Below, in pieces: positions 33,934-41,902 of a stretch of 64,000 nt of DNA. The DNA comes from Alphaproteobacteria bacterium (GTDB taxonomy: Bacteria > Pseudomonadota > Alphaproteobacteria > UBA8366 > G965603855). The notes below the pieces were generated by a model. That model was not told where the DNA came from, did not search any database, and saw only the letters and a program-made list of their open reading frames with translations. Where the stretch lies: positions 3,957,833 to 4,021,832 of the forward strand of contig OZ272519.1 in assembly GCA_965603855.1 (NCBI GenBank), written 5' to 3'. Made by a program: the position numbers and the translations under genes. Position 1 is the stretch's first letter. Every line of letters starts with the position of its first letter.

Positions 33934-35238
33934 ATGGCGTTGTCGCCGTACTTCACCCCGGTCGAGGGGGGCGATAATGCGTTCACCGTCGAGGCGCCGC
34001 GCATCAAGTTCGGCCGCGGTGCCCTCGACGAGATCGGCGCCGATGCCGCCGCCCTGGGACTGCGCCGCGTCGCACTGTTCACCGACCCCCTCGTCGCCGG
34101 TCTGCCGCCGATGGCCCGCGCCAAGAAAGCCCTGGCGGCGGCTGGCGTCGATGTGGCGGTCTTCGCCGAGGTGGAGATCGAACCCACCGACCGTTCCTTC
34201 AAGGCGGCCGCCGCCTTTGCCGCCGAGGGGCGCTTTGACGGCTTTGTCTCGGTCGGCGGCGGATCGGTCATGGATACGGCCAAGGCCGCCAATCTCTATG
34301 CCACCCATCCGGACGATTTCCTGGCCTACGTGAATGCGCCGATCGGCGCCGCCAAACCCATTCCGGGCCCGTTGAAGCCGCACATCGCCTGTCCGACAAC
34401 CTTCGGCACAGCCTCGGAATGCACCGGGATCGCGGTCTTCGACCTGTTGGAAATGGAGGCGAAAACCGGCATCGCCGGCACCGCGTTGCGGCCGGTTCTG
34501 GGCGTCCTGGACCCGGGTAATCTCGAAACGCTGCCCGCGCCGGTGGTTGCCGCCAATGGATTTGACGTTTTCAGTCATGCCTTCGAATCGCTGACCGCCC
34601 GGCCCTTCACCCGACGCGACGCGCCCGCGACCCCGCAGGCCCGGCCGCTGAGCCAGGGCGCCAACCCCTACAGCGATATGGCCTGTCTAGAGGCGATATC
34701 GCTGGTCGGACGCCACCTTGTCGGCGCGGTCAACGACCCGGCGCCGGACGATTTCGAAGCCTTGATGTTTGCCGGCATGCTGGCCGGGATCGGGTTCGGC
34801 AACGCCGGGTGCCACATCCCGCACGGCATGTCCTATGCGGTCGCAGGTCTGGTGCGCGACTACCGCGCCGACGGTTGGCCGTCGAACCACCCGATGGTGC
34901 CGCACGGAATCTCGGTCATCGTCAACGCACCGGCGGTGTTCCGCTTCACCGGTCCGGCCTGTCCGGAACGCCACCTCAAGGGGGCCGCAGCCATGGGCGC
35001 CGACATCGTCGGCGCCGACCCGGCGGATGCCGGTCACCTGCTGGCCGGGCGCATCGTCGAGATGATGCAGGCCACCGGCATCCCGAACGGATTGTCGGGC
35101 GTCGGTTACGGCCCCGAGGACGTCGATGCCCTGGTGGAACGCGCTGACCTGCAACAAAGGCTGTTGGCCAATGCACCGTGCCCCGTCAGCCGTGACGACC
35201 TGACGGCGCTGTTTCGGGATGCCATGCGCTATTGGTGA
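33934..35238 (+). CDS. Iron-containing alcohol dehydrogenase family (hydroxyacid-oxoacid transhydrogenase-like)
   Basis: Track ORF 33871-35238. The ATG at 33934 is preceded by GGAGGA. Blocks GGGSVMDTAKAA and the metal-binding His region GFGNAGCHIPHGMSY. Confidence 0.88.
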   Translation: MALSPYFTPVEGGDNAFTVEAPRIKFGRGALDEIGADAAALGLRRVALFTDPLVAGLPPMARAKKALAAAGVDVAVFAEVEIEPTDRSFKAAAAFAAEGRFDGFVSVGGGSVMDTAKAANLYATHPDDFLAYVNAPIGAAKPIPGPLKPHIACPTTFGTASECTGIAVFDLLEMEAKTGIAGTALRPVLGVLDPGNLETLPAPVVAANGFDVFSHAFESLTARPFTRRDAPATPQARPLSQGANPYSDMACLEAISLVGRHLVGAVNDPAPDDFEALMFAGMLAGIGFGNAGCHIPHGMSYAVAGLVRDYRADGWPSNHPMVPHGISVIVNAPAVFRFTGPACPERHLKGAAAMGADIVGADPADAGHLLAGRIVEMMQATGIPNGLSGVGYGPEDVDALVERADLQQRLLANAPCPVSRDDLTALFRDAMRYW

Positions 35239-35251
35239 GGCGACGGCGACC

Positions 35252-36082
35252 TCAGAACTGGTTCCGGTCGCGAATGAAGTTGTCCCATTGCTTTTCGCCG
35301 ATGTCGCAGGGCGGCCTCCGTGGTGCGGCAACCCGAACCAACCGTTCCGGCGTCGGATTGCCGGCGTCGGGGCGCCAGGCAATCTCACGGACCAGCTTGG
35401 TGCGGATGGCGCCGGCAAAGCTGCGAAAGGACTCGGCGACCACGATGAAGGCGCCCGGCCCGCCGATCACGCAGTCGGCGTAATAGAGGTCGAGGTCTTT
35501 GGTCGTGGGAAAGCCCCACGGGTTGGGGCGGTCATTCATGATCGGCAGACCGTTGATGGTGATGCCACGGGCGACCGCCTGATCGCGGGCCGCGGTGACC
35601 AGCGGACCGTAGTTGTTGGGTCCGTCTCCGGAGATGTCGATGACCCGCCGGGTTCCGTCGAACCCGTTGTCGTCGAACATCGGGATCGAATAGACGATGG
35701 CATTGCTGATCGACGTGCGTTGGGCGGTGAACAGGGGCGACAGCGCGATCTGCCGCGCAAACGCCGCGGCACCGTCCAGGTCCGCGATCTCGCGCCACCC
35801 CACGACAACCCGAAAATAGTCCAGGCCGGCCCATTCCACGTAGGTCAGCGCGATGCGACCGTGCGGGCCGGACGTCACGGCCTGGATCACCGCAGGGTCG
35901 GTCAGGGCATCGATATACCCGCGCCGCTGCAGTTCCGCTTCTTCCTTGTCGATGCTGCCTGAGACATCGACCGCGAGCACGAGTTCGAGATCGACCGCCG
36001 TCGCAGCGGTCCCGACGGACACGCCGCACCAAGCCAGCGCGCCGAAAAATGCCATGATCGCGATTGCCCGCATGGGCGCCAT
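35252..36082 (-). CDS. DUF1194-family (vWA-like) secreted protein
   Basis: Track ORF 35252-36172. The internal start gives MAPMRAIAIMAFFGALAWCGVSVGTAATA (signal peptide). vWA/MIDAS-like block LVLAVDVSGSID and later IDISGDGPNN. Confidence 0.75.
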   Translation of the reverse strand: MAPMRAIAIMAFFGALAWCGVSVGTAATAVDLELVLAVDVSGSIDKEEAELQRRGYIDALTDPAVIQAVTSGPHGRIALTYVEWAGLDYFRVVVGWREIADLDGAAAFARQIALSPLFTAQRTSISNAIVYSIPMFDDNGFDGTRRVIDISGDGPNNYGPLVTAARDQAVARGITINGLPIMNDRPNPWGFPTTKDLDLYYADCVIGGPGAFIVVAESFRSFAGAIRTKLVREIAWRPDAGNPTPERLVRVAAPRRPPCDIGEKQWDNFIRDRNQF

Positions 36083-36638
36083 TACAACTGACAGGGTTGG
36101 CGCCCGCAAGTCGTTGCATCGCGATATCGCCAACGAACCCTCGCTATGCGCACGCCATGCGCATTGCGGCATTCGCGCGTCACGGGCGGTTCCGGCCGTA
36201 CGCCGCGGCAGTGCCGCCGCACGATTGTCGCAACGCTGTCATATATGGCCACCTGACAGGGCCGGTTTGTCTTTTTTCATGACACGGACTTCGCAAAAGC
36301 CGGCCCGATTGGGCGTCTCGGATCGCACCAGCGCGCATCCGCACCAATGCCACTGCGCATGCGCCATAACCGGCTGTCTTAAATGAAATAATCACGTAAC
36401 TCAGCACGCCGCGACAGACCAGACTGTTCATTATTCGATCGAGCCGGGCAACGGAAGGGCCCTCGTTCCAACCTCGTTCACCGTCAGCGCGACACCGATA
36501 CGTCGGAGTTGTCACCCTTTCGGACGAATTCGGAAAACCGGATCAAAATGCCTTGCAAGACCGTCCGTTCCTGCTTCATTCTGCCGCAATCCGGGGGGAA
36601 GCCATAAGGCAAATAGATAAGCAGGGAAGGAATTCATC

Positions 36639-37211
36639 ATGGCCGCCGTGTCCCGTCGTGACCATCTTGTCGATACCGCGCTCAATCTCTTCTACCGCGA
36701 AGGATTTCACGCCACCGGTATCGACAGAATTCTCAACGAGGCCGGCGTGGCCAAGATGACGCTGTACAACCACTTCCGTTCGAAGGAAGACCTGATTGTT
36801 GCGACCTTGCAGTTGCGCGACGAGCAGTTCCGCACCTGGCTGATGGAAACCGTCGAGAAGAAGGCAAAGAAGCCGCACAAGCGCCTGCTTGCCCTGTTCG
36901 ACGCGGTCGAGGAACACGCCGCCAAGCGCGATTTCAGCGGGTGCATGTTTGTCAACGCTGCGGCGGAATACGCCCCGCGCAAGGATCCGGTGCACAAAGT
37001 CGCGGCGAACCACAAGAAGCTGATGCTGGAATACATCACCAGCCTGGCCAAGGACGCCGGCGCGAAGAAGTCCGCCGACCTGGCGCGGCAGCTCCAGATC
37101 CTGTTCGACGGCGCCATGGTCAGCGCCCAGGTCTCGGGGCCGGGCGAACCGGTCAAGGCGGCCCGTCAGGTGGCGCGCGGCCTGATCGACAAGGCCGTCG
37201 GCCGGTCCTAG
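36639..37211 (+). CDS. TetR/AcrR-family transcriptional regulator
   Basis: 190-aa ORF. N-terminal HTH RRDHLVDTALNLFYREGFHATGIDRILNEAGVAKMTLYNHFRSKEDL. Confidence 0.9.
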   Translation: MAAVSRRDHLVDTALNLFYREGFHATGIDRILNEAGVAKMTLYNHFRSKEDLIVATLQLRDEQFRTWLMETVEKKAKKPHKRLLALFDAVEEHAAKRDFSGCMFVNAAAEYAPRKDPVHKVAANHKKLMLEYITSLAKDAGAKKSADLARQLQILFDGAMVSAQVSGPGEPVKAARQVARGLIDKAVGRS

Positions 37212-37275
37212 CCGGCCCAGCGGACGCCGTCGGCGGCGCGCCGCATACCGACCCTTGAACCCAACATGTGGTGTC

Positions 37276-37311
37276 AACGGGCCGCCGTGTCTCCATATAC
37301 GGCGGCCCGTT
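37276..37311 (+). terminator. Strong hairpin downstream of tetR (no U-tract)
   Basis: AACGGGCCGCCGT (37276-37288) is the perfect reverse complement of ACGGCGGCCCGTT (37299-37311), with a 10-nt loop. It lies 65 nt after the TetR stop. No T-run follows, so a terminator function is uncertain. Confidence 0.4.
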
Positions 37312-37450
37312 CCGTACCACCGCGTGCCCCCGGCGAATAATTGAGCCTGATCAATGAGGTGTTAGGGGTATTGTGACACTCAAGCAGCGTCCGGTGCGTT
37401 TGTCTGCGCGCCGGGCGGGTTTTGTTCGACTCCACGGAGTGGGGTGCATC

Positions 37451-37666
37451 ATGGAATCGCAAGACGACTATTACGAGGAGTACTACGGCAAGTCCGGGCG
37501 GCGCCGCAAACGGTCGCCGTGGCGCATCCACATCGCTGCCATCGCGATCCTGGTCGCAGTGGGCGCGATTGCTGTCGCATCGGGCGTGACCGACCGCTGG
37601 CTTTCGGCGGACAACGATCAAGAGGCACACACGATCGACGTCCACAACCTGGACGCCCTGCGTTAG
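37451..37666 (+). CDS. Hypothetical small single-TM protein
   Basis: In-frame part of track ORF 37373-37666. The ATG at 37451 gives MESQDDYYEEYYGKSGRRRKRSPWRIHIAAIAILVAVGAIAVASGV. The pattern is acidic, then basic, then TM. No family recognised. Confidence 0.35.
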   Translation: MESQDDYYEEYYGKSGRRRKRSPWRIHIAAIAILVAVGAIAVASGVTDRWLSADNDQEAHTIDVHNLDALR

Positions 37667-37797
37667 GGCAAGGGTTGGGCCGTCGCCGGGTCGGCGTCGC
37701 GCGCCCCGCGGCGCCGGGCGCGCTTCTTGTTGTCAATCGGCAGCGCGGCGGGCAGGCTGTGTTCCGACATTCGATCGACACCGGAGCGCCGCATCGC

Positions 37798-38724
37798 ATG
37801 ACCGTCGAACCCACCGAACCCTGGATCGCACCGACGACACCGCGTCCGGATGCCCCGGGCGAGCGTTTCGCGCGCCTGCTCGAGCAACCCGGCATCGTCG
37901 CCGCGCCCGGCGCCCACGACGCCTTGTCGGCCCTGCTGGCAAAGCGAGCCGGCTTCAAATGCCTCTACATTTCCGGCGCGGCATTGACCGCGTCGATGGG
38001 ACTGCCCGATCTCGGTGTGATCTCGCTCGATGAACTGGTGTCGTCGACCCGGCGCATTGCCCGCGCCACCGGCCTGCCGCTGATCGTCGACGGCGACACC
38101 GGCTATGGCGAGACCTTGAACGTGATGCGTCTGGTGCGCGAGCTTGAGGACGCGGGGGCGGCCGCCGTGCAGATCGAAGACCAGGTGATGCCGAAAAAGT
38201 GCGGCCACCTGAACGACAAGCAGCTTGTTCCCGCCGACGAAATGGCGCGCAAGATCGAAGCGGCCCGCAGGGCCCGGACGCACCTGCGCATCGTCGCGCG
38301 GACCGACGCCGCGGCCGACAGCGTCGAGGAGGCCGTCGAACGGGCGCGGATCTATCTGGCGGCAGGGGCCGATGTCATCTTTCCCGAGGCACTGACCAGC
38401 GAGGAGACCTTTCGACGCGTTCGCGCCGAGGTCGACGGACCGCTTTTGGCCAATATGACCGAATTCGGACGCACGCCCTATCTGACGGCGCAGGCGTTCG
38501 CCGAGATCGGGTTCGATGTCGTGATCTGGCCGGTATCGTCGCTGCGGGTCGCCGCGAAGGCGGCAGAGTCTCTTTACCGGCATCTTGCCCAGGCCGGAGA
38601 AACCAAAAGCCAGTTGGACCGGATGCAGACCCGGGCCGAGCTTTACGAGACGATCGGCTATACCGCCTACGAAACCTTGGACGAGGCCATCGCGACCAGC
38701 GTGGTTCCGGATACGCCTGGCTGA
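37798..38724 (+). CDS. Isocitrate lyase/PEP mutase superfamily enzyme (methylisocitrate-lyase-like)
   Basis: In-frame part of track ORF 37444-38724 with ATG at 37798. Blocks PLIVDGDTGYG, QIEDQVMPKKCGHL and ARTDA are typical of PrpB and relatives. No prpC/prpD genes are nearby, so the exact reaction is uncertain. Confidence 0.8.
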   Translation: MTVEPTEPWIAPTTPRPDAPGERFARLLEQPGIVAAPGAHDALSALLAKRAGFKCLYISGAALTASMGLPDLGVISLDELVSSTRRIARATGLPLIVDGDTGYGETLNVMRLVRELEDAGAAAVQIEDQVMPKKCGHLNDKQLVPADEMARKIEAARRARTHLRIVARTDAAADSVEEAVERARIYLAAGADVIFPEALTSEETFRRVRAEVDGPLLANMTEFGRTPYLTAQAFAEIGFDVVIWPVSSLRVAAKAAESLYRHLAQAGETKSQLDRMQTRAELYETIGYTAYETLDEAIATSVVPDTPG

Positions 38725-40193
38725 AGGCTCGCCGGCGCCAGGTTCTGGGTTGCGCTCTCGCCGAAAACCGCGGTGCAGTTCCGGCCCGCGGCCTTGGCCT
38801 CGTAGAGCGCCTCGTCCGCACGCTGCATCAGGCCGGTGAAATCGATGTCGCCTTTCTCCAGCGACGCAATGCCCATGCTGACCGTGAAACGCAGGCTGCC
38901 CGTGTCCAGGGGTATCTCCACGTCTGCCAGCGCCTCGTGGATCCGCTCGGCAACCCGTCGCGCCGCGGACGCGGACGTCTCCGGCAGTGTGATCGCGAAT
39001 TCCTCGCCGCCGATCCGGCCGATGACGTCGTTGTCCCGCAGACGGCGCTGGCATTCGCGCGCAAGTTCACTCAGGACCAGATCGCCGACCTGGTGCCCAT
39101 AGCTGTCGTTGATGATCTTGAAGTGATCCGCATCCAGCATGATGACCGACAGCGGACGTTCGTGCCGGCGCGCGCGCTTGAACTCCGGTTCCGAAACCTC
39201 GAGGTAGTGTCGCCGGTTGCTGACGCTGGTCAATTCGTCGGTCCGCGCCAGTTGCTGCAGTCGGCTTTCTGCGCGCTTTCTTGCATCGATCTCCGCCTTC
39301 AATGCCGCGGTATGCCGTTCCATCTGGATCTCAAGGCCGATCCACTTCGCGAACAGCCGTGTCAGCTCCAGCTCGCCATCGGTAACCGGCCGCGACCGCG
39401 GCGCGGGGCTTGAGAAACTCAAGGTACCGAACCGCTGGCCGTCGGCGATCAGCGGCGCGCCGATATAGGTTTCCAGGCCGAACTTGGCATAACAGGCATG
39501 ATCGGCGATTTCGCTCTGTCCCACGTGGTGGAAACCGACGGGCGCCGCGGCATCCAGAACATGCACGCAGTAGGTTTCCTGGAGATCGTACTCTTGTCCG
39601 GGCGAGACTTCGCCGCCGGGCGATACCGCGTTGACGACGGTGTAGACGCCGTCGCGGATCTGACTGACGATTGCGATCGGCGTCCCGAACCGCTCCGTCC
39701 CGAGGGTCAGGATGCGTTCGATCTTCTTTTCCACGGTGAGGTCGTGGTCGGACGTGATCTCGTGCAGGCGTTTCAGACAGCGGTCGTTTTCGTTCTGGTC
39801 GGTCGTATCGCTCAGCACCACCGTAAGCCGCCCGGCGTTGCGCGACGCCGACACTTTCATCCAGCAAAGCCCGTCCTGGTACTCGAAGCGATGCTGAAAG
39901 ACGATCTGCGTTTCATTTCGCGCCTCGTCGAACAACCGCAGGAACAGGCCGTCCAGCAACGGCTCGAAATCCGACCGGCACAGCTGCCGGCCCACGACGC
40001 GCGTGCCAAGCCAGCCGGTCAGAACCTCGGCCGGCGCGTTCAGGTAGCTGATCTCGTAGGTGTTCCGGGCAGCCGCGTCCGGCCCCCACTCGAACACCAG
40101 AACGGCATCGTCGAGGAACTCGAAACACGCAACGGCAAATGCCGAAAACTCGGCGCCCGTATCGGTGCCGCTGGCATCGTCCTGCATCGGCAA
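38667..40193 (-). CDS. PAS-GAF-GGDEF diguanylate cyclase
   Basis: 508-aa ORF. An N-terminal PAS-like segment and a GAF-like middle are followed by a GGDEF domain with the active-site motif RIGGEEF. An RxxD I-site (RDND) lies five residues upstream. Confidence 0.9.
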   Translation of the reverse strand: MPMQDDASGTDTGAEFSAFAVACFEFLDDAVLVFEWGPDAAARNTYEISYLNAPAEVLTGWLGTRVVGRQLCRSDFEPLLDGLFLRLFDEARNETQIVFQHRFEYQDGLCWMKVSASRNAGRLTVVLSDTTDQNENDRCLKRLHEITSDHDLTVEKKIERILTLGTERFGTPIAIVSQIRDGVYTVVNAVSPGGEVSPGQEYDLQETYCVHVLDAAAPVGFHHVGQSEIADHACYAKFGLETYIGAPLIADGQRFGTLSFSSPAPRSRPVTDGELELTRLFAKWIGLEIQMERHTAALKAEIDARKRAESRLQQLARTDELTSVSNRRHYLEVSEPEFKRARRHERPLSVIMLDADHFKIINDSYGHQVGDLVLSELARECQRRLRDNDVIGRIGGEEFAITLPETSASAARRVAERIHEALADVEIPLDTGSLRFTVSMGIASLEKGDIDFTGLMQRADEALYEAKAAGRNCTAVFGESATQNLAPASLQPGVSGTTLVAMASSKVS

Positions 40194-40374
40194 CGCTCCG
40201 CCTACCAGTGTTTCGGCAAGTCTGCCGCGCTTTCCTCAACAATTGTTTAACCTCTTGAAAACGCATGGGATTTTAAGAGCTTTTCGGGCGATTTCTCAGC
40301 CGCTTAACGGGTCGGAAACCGGTCCATTGGTAAATCAGCAGGCCGACATAAGATGCGAAAGTGGATCCGTTCCA

Positions 40375-40776
40375 ATGAGCTATAAGACGATCATGCTGGC
40401 GGAGGATGACCCGATTGCCCGCGGGGTTTACGAGGGCATCCTGGATCGCAGCGGCTATGTGCCGCTGACGGCGACTTCCGGATCCGAATGCCTGGAACTG
40501 TTGGCCAACAAGAAGCCGACCGCCGTCATCCTGGACGTCAACATGCCAGATCTGAACGGGATCGAGGCCTGCAAGCAACTGCGCCTGAAATCCAAATACA
40601 AGGGTCCGGTCATCTTCCTGACCGGTGCCGACGACTTGGAAACCGTGCGGTCCTGCCTCGCCGCGGGCGGCGACGATTACATCCTCAAGACCGCCGAACC
40701 GAAAGAGTTCCTGCGCAGGGTCAAGCGGTGGGTCGACGGCGACGTCGAATCCCTCCGCAAGCGCGGCAACGGTTAG
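40375..40776 (+). CDS. Single-domain response regulator (CheY-like receiver)
   Basis: In-frame part of track ORF 40060-40776 with ATG at 40375. Receiver residues: IMLAEDD, AVILDVNMPDLNG, IFLTGAD, YILKTA. Confidence 0.85.
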   Translation: MSYKTIMLAEDDPIARGVYEGILDRSGYVPLTATSGSECLELLANKKPTAVILDVNMPDLNGIEACKQLRLKSKYKGPVIFLTGADDLETVRSCLAAGGDDYILKTAEPKEFLRRVKRWVDGDVESLRKRGNG

Positions 40777-40960
40777 GCGGCACAGGCACCAGCCACCCGG
40801 TATTCCAGTCCCGAAACGGACCGCCGCGTTGCATGGCACCGCGGCAGCGCCGGCCATTTAAGGTTTCCTTAGCGGCGCACTGCTACAATCAACGGTGATA
40901 TCTCACTGATATTGAAAGCTTTCTCCGTCCGGCCCGCAACCGGGCCGATAGGAGCGCGAA

Positions 40961-41902
40961 ATGACGCAGCGCCTCTCGAAAGTCCTCCTTACGCTTGCCG
41001 TTCTTTCGATCGGCCTTCTGCAGTCCATGGCCTGGGCCGCCGATTCCGGGACGCAGATCGCCAAACGGAACCAGGCGCTGACGATCGGCAGGGTCTCGGG
41101 CGATTCGGTCAAGACGGTCCGCAAGCTTGAGCCAATGGTCGAATACCTCGTCAAGCGCCTGAGCCATCTCGGGATTACGGAATCGGCAACGGTGGTCGCA
41201 CGCTCGAACCCGGAGATGGCGGGCATGCTGCGGAGCGGCCGCGTCGACATCGTATCGGAAACGGCCTTCTCTGCGCTGCAGTTCGCCGAGGTGGCCGATG
41301 CACAGCCGCTGATGCGCGAATGGAAGAAGGGCGTCGCGTCCTATCGCAGTGTTCTGATCACCCGCGCGGACGGCGGCGTGACGCGTCTTGAGGATCTGCG
41401 CGGCCGTATCATCGCCTTCGAGGACGCAGGCTCCACGTCGGGTTTCCTGTATCCGCTGGCCGCGCTGCGCCGCGCCGGCCTCGAACTGGTTGAGATCGAG
41501 CCTGGACAAGAACCGCCGGCTGGAAAGGTGGGCTACGTCTTCACCAACGGCGAGGTGAATGTGGCCGCGTGGGTGGCCCGCGGCCTGGCCGATGCCGGCG
41601 CGATCAGCAACCTGGACTGGGACGACATCGCGCGCACGCCCAACGCCTTGAAGTCGAGCCTACGAGTGTTCTTCGAAGGCGACCCGATCTTGCGGTCCGT
41701 GCTGTTGGTGCGCGGCGACCTCGATCCGAAGATCAAGGCCGAGATCAAGAGCATTTTGGAATCCATGCACGAAGACGAGGAAGGCCGAAAGGTCCTCAAG
41801 GCCTACTACAAGGTGAAGCGCTATGACGCCATCGCTGGGCCAGTGGCGCAGGACATGGACCGCCTTCGTGCCATCTACCAGGCCGTCAAAGACGCGATGT
41901 AG
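40961..41902 (+). CDS. PhnD-like (phosphate/phosphonate-type) periplasmic substrate-binding protein
   Basis: 313-aa ORF. Signal peptide MTQRLSKVLLTLAVLSIGLLQSMAWA. Blocks YRSVLITRADGG, EDAGSTSGFLYP and PILRSVLLVRGDLDP resemble the PhnD family. Its stop abuts the kinase ATG (TAGATG). Confidence 0.75.
   Translation: MTQRLSKVLLTLAVLSIGLLQSMAWAADSGTQIAKRNQALTIGRVSGDSVKTVRKLEPMVEYLVKRLSHLGITESATVVARSNPEMAGMLRSGRVDIVSETAFSALQFAEVADAQPLMREWKKGVASYRSVLITRADGGVTRLEDLRGRIIAFEDAGSTSGFLYPLAALRRAGLELVEIEPGQEPPAGKVGYVFTNGEVNVAAWVARGLADAGAISNLDWDDIARTPNALKSSLRVFFEGDPILRSVLLVRGDLDPKIKAEIKSILESMHEDEEGRKVLKAYYKVKRYDAIAGPVAQDMDRLRAIYQAVKDAM

Noticed and set aside
36180-36515. 111-aa minus-strand ORF in the DUF1194 / TetR intergenic region
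   Set aside because: No RBS, no recognisable motif or TM/signal feature, and a composition typical of chance ORFs. The region is reported instead as an unexplained intergenic stretch.
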